DNA of 32,000 nt, taken from NCBI RefSeq assembly GCF_014280175.1, contig NZ_CP047931.1, positions 900,001-932,000 of the forward strand. Reading direction: 5' to 3'. Below the pieces are notes generated by a model. That model searched no databases. It was not told the origin of the DNA and saw nothing but the letters and a program-made list of their open reading frames with translations. Positions 9,589 through 17,825 of this stretch are shown piece after piece. Within the stretch, counting starts at the first letter, position 1. Each line of letters begins with the position of its first letter. Position numbers and translations under genes: made by a program. Source of the stretch: Synechococcus sp. A15-28. GTDB lineage: Bacteria; Cyanobacteriota; Cyanobacteriia; PCC-6307; Cyanobiaceae.

Positions 9589-10376
9589 TGAGTACGCGTC
9601 TTGGTTTCTTCGACAGCGGTGTGGGGGGGTTGACCGTGCTGCGCCGGGTGCTGGAACGCCATGGCTCCGTCTCCTGTGTGTATCTGGGGGATACGGCCCG
9701 GGTCCCCTACGGCAACCGCCCGCCGGCGGAGATTCGCCGCATCGCCGCTGAAGTGGTCGGCTGGTTGCGCGATCAGCAGGTGTCGACGGTCGTCATGGCC
9801 TGCAACACCACCAATGCCTTGGCACGGGATGTGGCCGAGGGACAGGCCGGTGGCCCGGTGATCGGGTTGATCGGTGCGGCGGCGGCCATGGTGGAAACCC
9901 GACGGGTGGGGGTGCTGGCGACACCCGCCACGGTGGCCTCAGAGGCCTATAGCGCCAGCATCGAAGCCCTTCATCCTGGAGCTCTTGTTGTGGAGCAGGC
10001 CTGTCCGGCCTTCGTTCCCTTGATCGAAGCCGGGGACTGCAGCAGTGATGAGTTGAGACAGGTGGCCAGGTCCTATCTCGATCCGTTGCTGGCGGCGTCG
10101 GTGGAGACGATTGTTCTCGGCTGCACCCATTACCCGTTGCTGATTCCACTGTTGAAGCAGTTGCTGCCCGATGCCATCCAGCTGATTGACCCCGCGCTCG
10201 GGGTGGCCCGCCAGTTGGATGCGGTTCTGGGGGTTCCCGATGCCTCCACCGGCGACACCCTTGAGCTTGGGCAATGCCGCTTTTGCGTCACGGCGGATCC
10301 TGATGGTTTTGCCAACCGCGCCACCCCCTGGCTTGGGGCCCGCCCTGAGGTTCATCTGCAACGGCTGCAGAGCTGA
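9585..10376 (+). CDS. murI: Glutamate racemase
   Basis: 263-aa ORF with FFDSGVGGLTV, VMACNT and GCTHYPLL motifs. An ATGA start/stop overlap links it to amiC. The amiC-murI linkage is known in cyanobacteria. Confidence 0.95.
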   Translation: MMSTRLGFFDSGVGGLTVLRRVLERHGSVSCVYLGDTARVPYGNRPPAEIRRIAAEVVGWLRDQQVSTVVMACNTTNALARDVAEGQAGGPVIGLIGAAAAMVETRRVGVLATPATVASEAYSASIEALHPGALVVEQACPAFVPLIEAGDCSSDELRQVARSYLDPLLAASVETIVLGCTHYPLLIPLLKQLLPDAIQLIDPALGVARQLDAVLGVPDASTGDTLELGQCRFCVTADPDGFANRATPWLGARPEVHLQRLQS

Positions 10377-10413
10377 GGCCATCACCATTAGGATCGCGGC
10401 GCCGAGAGGGTTC

Positions 10414-11385
10414 ATGATCACCGTCACCGAGCTGCTGCAACCGGTCGAAACCGATCTTGAGACCCTGCTCGGAGACCTGCGCAGCCTCATCGGCGCCGGT
10501 CATCCCATTCTTCAGGCCGCTGCCGAGCACCTGTTCAGCGCCGGTGGAAAGCGCTTGCGTCCCGGCATTGTTCTGCTGCTATCAAGGGCTCTGGCCGAAG
10601 ACGGTCAGCTGACCCCCAGGCATCGCCGACTGGCGGAGATCACGGAGATGATCCATACCGCTTCTCTTGTTCACGATGATGTTGTGGACGAGGCTTCCAC
10701 CCGCCGTGGGGTCGACACCGTCCACAGCCGTTTTGATGCTCGGGTGGCCGTTCTGGCCGGTGATTTTCTGTTTGCTCAGGCCAGCTGGCATCTGGCCAAC
10801 CTGGATGACCTCGAGGTGGTGAAGTTGCTCAGCCGCGTGATCATGGATCTGGCTGATGGTGAGGTGAAGCAGGGTCTTTTCCGTTTCGACACTGCCCAGA
10901 CCTTTGAGACCTACCTGGAAAAGAGTTACTGCAAAACTGCATCGTTGATCGCCAACAGCGCACGGGCTGCTGGTGTTCTCAGCGATTGCTCCTCGACGGA
11001 GCTTGATGGCCTCTATCGCTTCGGTCGTCAGCTGGGTCTGGCCTTCCAGGTTGTGGACGACATCCTCGATTTCACAGGCAGCGACCAACAACTCGGCAAG
11101 CCGGCTGCCAGTGATCTCGCCAGCGGCTACCTCACGGCTCCGACCTTCTACGCCATGGAGGAGCATCCAGGGCTTCAGGCCTTGATCTCCCGCGAATTCG
11201 CTGAGCCCGGTGACCTCGACCATGCCCTTGAGATGGTGCGCTCTTCCCGCGCCATCCCACGCACCCGTGAGCTTGCAGAAATCTTTGCCCGCGAATCCCG
11301 CGATTCCATCGGCTGGATGAAGGATTCCGCCTGCAAGCGGGCATTGCTGGAGCTGCCCGATTTCGTGCTCAGTCGTCTGTACTGA
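10414..11385 (+). CDS. sds: Solanesyl (all-trans-nonaprenyl) diphosphate synthase, polyprenyl synthetase family
   Basis: From ATG 10414: MITVTELLQPVETDLE...GGKRLRP... with both Asp-rich motifs, LVHDDVVD and FQVVDDILD. The track start at 10186 is an extension overlapping murI. Confidence 0.9.
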   Translation: MITVTELLQPVETDLETLLGDLRSLIGAGHPILQAAAEHLFSAGGKRLRPGIVLLLSRALAEDGQLTPRHRRLAEITEMIHTASLVHDDVVDEASTRRGVDTVHSRFDARVAVLAGDFLFAQASWHLANLDDLEVVKLLSRVIMDLADGEVKQGLFRFDTAQTFETYLEKSYCKTASLIANSARAAGVLSDCSSTELDGLYRFGRQLGLAFQVVDDILDFTGSDQQLGKPAASDLASGYLTAPTFYAMEEHPGLQALISREFAEPGDLDHALEMVRSSRAIPRTRELAEIFARESRDSIGWMKDSACKRALLELPDFVLSRLY

Positions 11386-12028
11386 GCAGCTGATCCAGAA
11401 CGACCTCCAAGCTGTTGATGTGCCTTGGGTTCACATCCCTGGGTTCTGTGGGCCTTTGTTCGTTCAGCACCCAGACCCGGCAGCCCGCCGCCAACGCTGA
11501 CGCTGCGCCGGCCTGGGAATCCTCGAGGGCCCAACACCTGTTGGGATCCAGTCCCAGCCGATGTGCGGCGAGCAGGAAGGGGGCAGGGTCCGGCTTGCCG
11601 GCCTCCAGCTCAGGATCATCGCCGTAGACCCGTTCCGTGATTCGCTTCAGCCAGGGATGGGGTAAAGCTTTGAAGGTCACGGCTTCGAGGCTGCTGCTGG
11701 TCACCAAGGCCATCGGAATCCCCCTGGCATCGCAGTGCTCCACCAGCTGTTGCGCGCAGGGCATCGCTTTGGCGTGGGGAAGCAGGGCTCGCACAATCGG
11801 CTGCTGAACCGCAAGCAATGCGTCTGACTCCACCGGAAGCGGCAGCCAGCTGCTCACCAGGGCAGCGCAATCGAGACGTCGGCGACCCTTGAGCTGCAAC
11901 AACTGGTCGCCGCTGAGCTCCGCTCCGAAGTGGGTTGCGGCTTCAGACCAGCCGCGGCTGTGCAACGGCTCGGTGTCGAGCAGCAATCCATCCAGATCGA
12001 ACAGGCAGGCGGCGGGGAGAGCGGACAC
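11369..12028 (-). CDS. HAD-superfamily hydrolase, subfamily IA (beta-phosphoglucomutase/CbbY-like phosphatase)
   Basis: 219-aa ORF with motif [12 protein letters not shown], motif II LVTSS and motif [13 protein letters not shown]...EDSQAG. Its 3' end overlaps the convergent sds 3' end by 17 nt. Confidence 0.85.
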   Translation of the reverse strand: MSALPAACLFDLDGLLLDTEPLHSRGWSEAATHFGAELSGDQLLQLKGRRRLDCAALVSSWLPLPVESDALLAVQQPIVRALLPHAKAMPCAQQLVEHCDARGIPMALVTSSSLEAVTFKALPHPWLKRITERVYGDDPELEAGKPDPAPFLLAAHRLGLDPNRCWALEDSQAGAASALAAGCRVWVLNEQRPTEPRDVNPRHINSLEVVLDQLLSTDD

Positions 12029-12161
12029 GCCATCCAGAGGTTCGGCACCTTCCAGTCAAGCTCGCTGCGGTTCACCGTCTGTCCGACGGATTGATACGGG
12101 TCGTGGAACGGTCGTTCCACTCCTCCTTACCCTTGCAACAACTGTCTTTGGCCCGTCTGCT

Positions 12162-14135
12162 GTGACCGAGTCCAATACGTCGATCGAAAGTGTCCTGCAG
12201 GAGCAGCGGGTGTTCGAGCCGCCAGCAGACACCTCCGCCAAAGCGCGCATCGGCAGCCTGGAGACCTACCGGGCGATGGCGGCGGCGGCGACAACCAACC
12301 CCGATGGTTTCTGGGGTGACGCAGCCCGTCGTGAGCTGCACTGGTTCGAGCCGTTCAATACCGTTCTCGACTGGTCGGAACCTCCCTTCGCCCGCTGGTT
12401 CGAGGGAGGGACCACCAACCTCTCGTACAACTGCCTCGACCGACATCTGGATGGGGCCAAGGCCGAGAAGATCGCGTTGATCTGGGAAGGAGAACCCGGA
12501 GACGTGCGCCGCTTCACCTATCGGGAGCTCCATGCGGAGGTCTGCAAAGCCGCCAATGCGCTCAAGGCCATGGGTATCGGCAAAGGCGACCTTGTGGCCC
12601 TGTACATGCCGATGATTCCAGAGGCTGCCATCGCGATGCTCGCCTGTGCTCGCATCGGCGCTCCCCATTCCGTTGTGTTCGGTGGCTTCTCGGCCGAAGC
12701 CCTGCGCGATCGTCTCATTGACGGCGAGGCCAAGGCCGTGATCACCGCCGATGGTGGATTCAGGAAAGACAAGCCCGTTTCGCTCAAACCGGCCGTTGAT
12801 GCCGCATTAGCGGAGGGTGCCTGTCCCTCGGTGACCGGTGTTCTGGTGGTGCAGCGCACCAAGCAGCCCGTGGAGATGGTGGCGGGACGGGATCAGTGGT
12901 GGCACGACCTTGTGGATCCCCAGAGCAGCGATTGCCCTGCAGAGCCGATGGCCAGTGAGGACCGGCTGTTCGTGCTCTACACCTCAGGCTCCACCGGTAA
13001 GCCCAAGGGTGTGGTGCACACCACGGCTGGATACAACCTCTGGGCTCATCTCACCTTCCAGTGGATCTTCGACATCCGTGATGACGATGTGTACTGGTGC
13101 ACAGCGGATGTCGGCTGGATCACGGGCCACAGCTACATCGTCTACGGCCCCCTGTCCAACGGTGCCACCACGGTGATGTACGAGGGGGCGCCGCGCCCCT
13201 CCAAGCCAGGCGCCTTCTGGGAGTTGATTCAGAAGCACGGCATCACGATTTTCTACACCGCGCCGACGGCGATTCGAGCCTTCATGAAGAGTGGCCGGGA
13301 GGTGCCCGATCAGTTCGACATGGGCAGCCTGCGGCTGCTGGGCACGGTCGGTGAGCCCATCAATCCGGAGGCCTGGATGTGGTATCGGGATGTGATCGGT
13401 GGCAATCGCTGCCCCATCGTTGATACCTGGTGGCAGACCGAAACCGGTGGCGTGATGATCAGCCCCCTGCCTGGAGCCACCCCCACCAAACCGGGATCCG
13501 CCACATTGCCGCTGCCGGGGATTCAGGCGGACATCGTTGATGCGGAAGGCAACAGCTGCGGAGCTGATGAAGGTGGCTATCTGGCGGTGCGGGCTCCCTG
13601 GCCCGGAATGATGCGCACGGTGCATGGCAACCCCCAGCGCTTTCGCGAGAGCTATTGGGAGCACATCCGTCCTGCCGATGGTTCCTACCTCTATTTCGCT
13701 GGGGATGGCGCCCGCCGCGACGCCGATGGGTACTTCTGGGTGATGGGCCGGGTGGATGACGTGATCAACGTTTCCGGTCATCGCCTTGGGACGATGGAGA
13801 TCGAGTCGGCTCTGGTGAGCCATCCCGCGGTGGCGGAAGCCGCTGTGGTCGGTCGCCCCGACGACCTCAAGGGTGAGGGCATCGTTGCGTTCGTCACGCT
13901 GGAGGCAGGGCGTGAGTCGTCAGAGGATCTGATCAAGCAGCTCAGGGCCCATGTGGGCACAGAGATCGGACCGATTGCTCGGCCGGACGAGATTCGCTGC
14001 AGTGATGCCCTGCCCAAGACCCGCAGCGGCAAGATCATGCGCAGGATTCTGAGGGCCCTGGCGGCGGGTCAGGAGGTGAGTGGCGACACCAGCACCCTTG
14101 AGGACCGTTCGGTTCTGGACCGCCTGCGGGCCTGA
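12162..14135 (+). CDS. acs: Acetyl-CoA synthetase (AMP-forming)
   Basis: The track ORF starts at 11889. Homology-like sequence begins near GTG 12162 ([21 protein letters not shown]), giving about 657 aa, the usual Acs length. It carries [19 protein letters not shown] and the C-terminal [11 protein letters not shown] motif. Confidence 0.92.
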   Translation: MTESNTSIESVLQEQRVFEPPADTSAKARIGSLETYRAMAAAATTNPDGFWGDAARRELHWFEPFNTVLDWSEPPFARWFEGGTTNLSYNCLDRHLDGAKAEKIALIWEGEPGDVRRFTYRELHAEVCKAANALKAMGIGKGDLVALYMPMIPEAAIAMLACARIGAPHSVVFGGFSAEALRDRLIDGEAKAVITADGGFRKDKPVSLKPAVDAALAEGACPSVTGVLVVQRTKQPVEMVAGRDQWWHDLVDPQSSDCPAEPMASEDRLFVLYTSGSTGKPKGVVHTTAGYNLWAHLTFQWIFDIRDDDVYWCTADVGWITGHSYIVYGPLSNGATTVMYEGAPRPSKPGAFWELIQKHGITIFYTAPTAIRAFMKSGREVPDQFDMGSLRLLGTVGEPINPEAWMWYRDVIGGNRCPIVDTWWQTETGGVMISPLPGATPTKPGSATLPLPGIQADIVDAEGNSCGADEGGYLAVRAPWPGMMRTVHGNPQRFRESYWEHIRPADGSYLYFAGDGARRDADGYFWVMGRVDDVINVSGHRLGTMEIESALVSHPAVAEAAVVGRPDDLKGEGIVAFVTLEAGRESSEDLIKQLRAHVGTEIGPIARPDEIRCSDALPKTRSGKIMRRILRALAAGQEVSGDTSTLEDRSVLDRLRA

Positions 14136-14136
14136 T

Positions 14137-14859
14137 TCAGGTGGACCAGCGGCCGATCACCTCGGTCAGCTGTCGGATGACCCCGACGCGCTTCGGGTCA
14201 TCCGCCCAGTCCCCCAGAACGCTGCGTCTCAGCCCTGCACTGGCTGGGGTGAGGTGATCGCCTGGCAGCTGCAGCAGCTCCGTGTGATTGACCGGACGTT
14301 GCTCAAGCGCTTGAAGTAAGGCATCGCTCTGATCGAGCTGATCCCGACCGAAACGCACCACCAGGTTGCGTTCCTGTTGATAGTGACGGCTGATCAGGCG
14401 CAGGGTCTCCGACGGAGATGGGCTGAACTCGGTTTCAACCCCCAGTCGTGGGGCGATCTCCCCCAACAGCGGAATTGATCGGTCCGCCTGGAAATTGTTG
14501 AAACTGAGGGACACCAGCCCACGGCTGTTCCTGCCCCCATCCGGAGCCAGCAGCTGCAATTTGCAACCGAGGCTGTGACCAAGGCGGAGGGGCGTCGGCA
14601 ACGGGCCGTAACGCTCTTCGAGCTGCTTCCGGGCGCGACGAAAGTCGGACCAGGCCTCCCTGGCCTGGCTCTGATGGTCAAATCCCGGGACATAGGCCCA
14701 GGCGTTTATCACCAGGCCGTTGTTGCCGAGATCCTCCAGCAGCCGCCGATAACTCACCTGGGGCGTGGCCGCCAGGTAACTCCCACCGATGAAATCCACC
14801 TGGCCGATGGGCCGAGCCGGTGTCAGTTGCCAGATCTTCCCCTGTTGGCGCCAGTTCAT
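14137..14859 (-). CDS. DUF1350-family (alpha/beta-hydrolase-like) conserved cyanobacterial/plastid protein
   Basis: 240-aa ORF with FIGGSYLAATPQVSYRRLLE and GHSLGCKL, a nucleophile-elbow-like GxSxG. Its stop lies 1 nt from the acs stop. Confidence 0.7.
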   Translation of the reverse strand: MNWRQQGKIWQLTPARPIGQVDFIGGSYLAATPQVSYRRLLEDLGNNGLVINAWAYVPGFDHQSQAREAWSDFRRARKQLEERYGPLPTPLRLGHSLGCKLQLLAPDGGRNSRGLVSLSFNNFQADRSIPLLGEIAPRLGVETEFSPSPSETLRLISRHYQQERNLVVRFGRDQLDQSDALLQALEQRPVNHTELLQLPGDHLTPASAGLRRSVLGDWADDPKRVGVIRQLTEVIGRWST

Positions 14860-14865
14860 CTCGCC

Positions 14866-15321
14866 TCAGCTCTTGAGGGAGGAGATCACCCGTTCCGCCT
14901 CTCGCACGTGGGCCGGACCATCCAACAGGTTGCTGAAGACATGCCGGATGACCCCTTCACCATCCACCACATATGTGACGCGTCCGGGCATCAGTCCAAG
15001 CGCCTTGGGGACGCCAAGGCTGCGCCGAAGGCTGTTGTTCCGATCCCACAGCAGGGGGAAGTTCAGTCCGTAGCGGGTCGCGAAGCGACGATGGCTGATG
15101 GCGTCATCACCGCTGATCCCCCAGACCTCCGCGCCGAGGTTCTCGAAGCTGCTGCTGCTGTCGCGAAAGCTGCAGGCCTGTGCCGTGCACCCCGGCGTGT
15201 CGTCCTTGGGATAAAAGAACAGAACAAGCCAACGACCCCGCGCCATCTCGGGAGTTCGTTGCTCGCCATCCTGATCCTCGAGACAGAAGCTGGGCAAGGA
15301 ATCGCCCACGCCGATGACCAT
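14866..15321 (-). CDS. bcp: Peroxiredoxin Q / bacterioferritin comigratory protein (thiol peroxidase)
   Basis: It has the FFYPKDDTPGCT peroxidatic-Cys motif. The ATG at 15321 (MVIGVGDSLPSF) is preferred to the TTG at 15333 used by the track. Confidence 0.9.
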   Translation of the reverse strand: MVIGVGDSLPSFCLEDQDGEQRTPEMARGRWLVLFFYPKDDTPGCTAQACSFRDSSSSFENLGAEVWGISGDDAISHRRFATRYGLNFPLLWDRNNSLRRSLGVPKALGLMPGRVTYVVDGEGVIRHVFSNLLDGPAHVREAERVISSLKS

Positions 15322-15405
15322 TGGCTTGCTCAATCAACACAGACCCTAAGCAGAGAACCTCTTGCGCTGAGCGAGACAATCAACCTGGGGACAGGGAGCG
15401 TGCCA

Positions 15406-16176
15406 ATGGCTGATCAGTTGACCTTGCTGGAGTCGGTGCCGGATCAGCGTCCCGATCCACCTGCTCCAACGGGGCCTGCCACGGCGTTGATCATCGACAC
15501 TGAAACCACCGGGCTTGATCCGGAGAGGGATCGTTGTCTCGAAGTCGGGGCGATTTTGTTTGATGTCTCGTCTCGATCGGTTCTGGCGCAGCAGTCCTTT
15601 CTCCTGCCGGTGGAGTCCAATGCGGCGGAACCGATCAACCGGATCCCAGCTGCCGTGACACGGTTGCCTCAGCCCTGGCCTGGGGCCTTGCGTTGGTTCG
15701 ATGAACTGCTGGTAGCTGCAGATGTGCTGGTGGCCCACAACGCTGCCTTTGATCGTCAGTGGTTCGGCAGGGAACCTCTGCCCGCCGTCAGCCACCCCTG
15801 GCTGTGTTCGATGGAGGATCTGCGTTGGCCTGCCGATCGGCAGCTCCGCTCCCGTCCTTCCGTGAGGGATCTGGCCCTGGCCTATGGCGTTCCGGTTTGG
15901 TCGGCCCATCGTGCCTTGACCGATTGCATCTATCTGGCCGAGGTGTTCGCCCGCTGCGACGACCTGGAGACGATGTTGCTGCACGGCCTTGAGCCCCGTC
16001 AGTTGATGCGGGCCAAGGTCTCCTACGACGATCGCCATCTCGCCCGGGAGGCTGGCTTTCGGTGGAACGATCCAGTGAAAGGTGCCTGGACCCGCCGACT
16101 GAGCCGTCGGGAGATCAAGAGCCTCAATTTCCCTGTCGAAGCCGTTGATCCTGGTTCGGAGCGCCGCGCTGCCTGA
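15406..16176 (+). CDS. DEDDh 3'-5' exonuclease (DnaQ/epsilon-like) with a C-terminal DUF5710-like module
   Basis: From ATG 15406: exo motifs IIDTETTGLD (I), VAHNAAFD (II) and HRALTDC (III, DEDDh). The C-terminus KVSYDDRHLAREAGFRWNDPVKGAWT resembles the x-Y-x-[DE]-[KR]..A[KR]..G[AF][RK]W motif. The track ORF start at 14575 is an antisense extension across bcp and DUF1350. Confidence 0.8.
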   Translation: MADQLTLLESVPDQRPDPPAPTGPATALIIDTETTGLDPERDRCLEVGAILFDVSSRSVLAQQSFLLPVESNAAEPINRIPAAVTRLPQPWPGALRWFDELLVAADVLVAHNAAFDRQWFGREPLPAVSHPWLCSMEDLRWPADRQLRSRPSVRDLALAYGVPVWSAHRALTDCIYLAEVFARCDDLETMLLHGLEPRQLMRAKVSYDDRHLAREAGFRWNDPVKGAWTRRLSRREIKSLNFPVEAVDPGSERRAA

Positions 16177-16194
16177 TCTATCTCTTCCTTCGGA

Positions 16195-16524
16195 ATGGGT
16201 GCTCTTTTGCTTCAGCACTCCGAAGCGACTGGGGTGGTTTCGGCTGTTTTGGCGTCGCTCCACCAGGCTGAATCCATGGCCGTTTTCATCCACCGTTATC
16301 GCCACCCCATCCAGAACCGGTTACGTCAGTGGCAGCAGGTGCGCACCTGGGCGCGACTGATCCGGGAGGCCGAAGCGCTCTGGCATGTGGATGTTCGTGC
16401 CTTACGGCGCATGGGGGCCGAGGAGCTCTCTCAATTGCTTGAAGAAGTGCCTCCGGCTCAACGGCAACGGATCAATCGTTGGTTGGATGGTTACTGCGTT
16501 GCGACACGATTGCGTCGTAAATGA
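16195..16524 (+). CDS. Hypothetical protein (small, basic, helical)
   Basis: 109-aa ORF starting 18 nt after the exonuclease stop on the same strand. An alternative start is ATG 16276. I recognise no family motif. Support is codon usage similar to its neighbours and its occupying an otherwise unassigned gap. Confidence 0.5.
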   Translation: MGALLLQHSEATGVVSAVLASLHQAESMAVFIHRYRHPIQNRLRQWQQVRTWARLIREAEALWHVDVRALRRMGAEELSQLLEEVPPAQRQRINRWLDGYCVATRLRRK

Positions 16525-16550
16525 ACCGCCGCGAGGTCAATCAAAGCCCT

Positions 16551-16566
16551 TGTTTCGTCAATCACA
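16551..16566 (+). promoter_or_regulatory. Candidate CRP-family operator (TGTTT-N6-TCACA) upstream of pstS
   Basis: TGTTTCGTCAATCACA matches the TGTGA-N6-TCACA architecture at 8 of 10 half-site positions. It lies about 40 bp upstream of the candidate Pho box and about 115 bp upstream of the pstS ATG. Confidence 0.25.
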
Positions 16567-16605
16567 TGAACGAGAACCAGCACGAGGCCTGGAGAATCGA
16601 CTTTC

Positions 16606-16635
16606 CTTAACCTGTCCCTAACGACGGATTCGTTT
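16606..16635 (+). promoter_or_regulatory. Candidate Pho box (three 8-bp direct repeats at 11-bp spacing) upstream of pstS
   Basis: CTTAACCT-gtc-CCTAACGA-cgg-ATTCGTTT. The first two units fit the cyanobacterial PyTTAAPyPy(T/A) PhoB repeat reasonably well and the third is weak. The element ends 45 nt before the pstS ATG. Confidence 0.35.
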
Positions 16636-16679
16636 CTCTTTAGCTACTCCTAGGACGCCAACTTCCCATTAGGCCTCTC

Positions 16680-17654
16680 ATGAGCTTCGCTAAGAAGGCT
16701 CTTCTCGTCTCTTCCGTGCTTGCCCTTGGGGCTGGCATGTCCGCCTCCGCCGCTGAAAAGCTGAACGGTGCAGGCGCTTCTTTCCCCGCCAAGATCTACC
16801 AGCGTTGGTTCGCTGATCTGGCCAAGTCCGGCGGCCCTCAGGTCAACTACCAGGCTGTCGGTTCCGGCTCCGGCCGCAAGGCTTTCATCGACCAGACCGT
16901 GAACTTCGGTGCATCGGATGATCCGATGAAGAAGAAGGACATGGCCAAGGTCAAGCGTGGTGTTGTCCAGATCCCCATGGTCGGTGGCACCATCGCCTTC
17001 GGCTACAACAAGCCCGGTTGTGATCTGAAGCTCACCCAGGAGCAGGCCGTTCGTGTGGCCATGGGCAAGATCCGCAACTGGCAGGATCTTGGCTGCCAGC
17101 CCGGCACCATCACCTGGGTGCACCGTTCTGACGGCTCCGGCACCACCAAGGCTTTCACCAACTCCATGAAGGCCTTCTCCAGCACCTGGACCCTGGGCAC
17201 TGGTAAGTCCGTCAAGTGGCCTGCCGGTGTTGGCGCCAAGGGCAACTCCGGTGTTGCCGGTGTGATCCAGAACCGTCTGGGCGCCATCGGTTACGTCAAC
17301 CAGTCCTACATCAAGGGCAACGTCGTTGCTGCCGCTCTGCAGAACAAGTCCGGTGAATACCTGAAGCCCTCCGTGGCTGCTGGTGCCCGCGCTCTCAACG
17401 GCATTCAGCTGGATAAGGACCTGGCTGGCAAGAACCCCAACCCCTCCGCCAAGGGTGCTTACCCCATCGCCACCCTCACCTGGGTGCTGGCTTACGAGAC
17501 CGGCAACGGCGACGACGCCGAGGTCGTGCAGGAAGCCTTCAACTACATGCTGAGCGACGCTGCTCAGGACAAGGCTCCTTCCCTGGGCTTCGTGCCTCTG
17601 AAGGGCGACATCCTGGCCAAGGCCAAGGCTGCTGTGAACAAGATCGGCAAGTGA
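16680..17654 (+). CDS. pstS: Periplasmic phosphate-binding protein PstS
   Basis: 324-aa ORF with a Sec signal (MSFAKKALLVSSVLALGAGMSASA/AEK) and the motifs GAGASFP, YQAVGSGSG and RSDGSGTT. Codon usage is strongly expression-biased (AAG, TCC, GGC, GCT, CGT). Confidence 0.93.
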   Translation: MSFAKKALLVSSVLALGAGMSASAAEKLNGAGASFPAKIYQRWFADLAKSGGPQVNYQAVGSGSGRKAFIDQTVNFGASDDPMKKKDMAKVKRGVVQIPMVGGTIAFGYNKPGCDLKLTQEQAVRVAMGKIRNWQDLGCQPGTITWVHRSDGSGTTKAFTNSMKAFSSTWTLGTGKSVKWPAGVGAKGNSGVAGVIQNRLGAIGYVNQSYIKGNVVAAALQNKSGEYLKPSVAAGARALNGIQLDKDLAGKNPNPSAKGAYPIATLTWVLAYETGNGDDAEVVQEAFNYMLSDAAQDKAPSLGFVPLKGDILAKAKAAVNKIGK

Positions 17655-17702
17655 TGACTTGCTGAGCCGTTGCTCATTCCAACGGTTTCAATCAGTTCCG
17701 AC

Positions 17703-17730
17703 GGGGGCCCACTGGGCCCCTCTTTTTTTG
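17703..17730 (+). terminator. Rho-independent terminator of pstS
   Basis: Perfect 7-bp GC stem GGGGCCC (17704-17710) / GGGCCCC (17714-17720) with a 3-nt loop, followed by TCTTTTTTTG. A weaker hairpin CCGTTG/CAACGG precedes it at about 17674-17692. Confidence 0.85.
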
Positions 17731-17754
17731 TTCTTTTCTCATTCTTGGACAAAA

Positions 17755-17784
17755 GTTAGACGCGCCTTAACCGAATCACATCCC
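17755..17784 (+). promoter_or_regulatory. Candidate Pho box upstream of the ptrA-like regulator
   Basis: GTTAGACG-cgc-CTTAACCG-aat-CACATCCC, again 8-bp units at 11-bp spacing. The central unit shares the CCTTAACC 8-mer with the pstS upstream element. Confidence 0.3.
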
Positions 17785-17825
17785 GCCCTTTGCCTGGAGG
17801 GCATGTTGTGCTCCATACAGTTCGG

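Noticed and set aside
14575-15405. Long N-terminal extensions of track ORFs: exonuclease from 14575, acs from 11889, sds from 10186, comB from 6814, ubiD to 6908, and the ABC exporter to 22122.
   Set aside because: The extensions run antisense through, or overlap, neighbouring well-supported genes. Homology-like sequence begins at internal starts that give canonical protein lengths.
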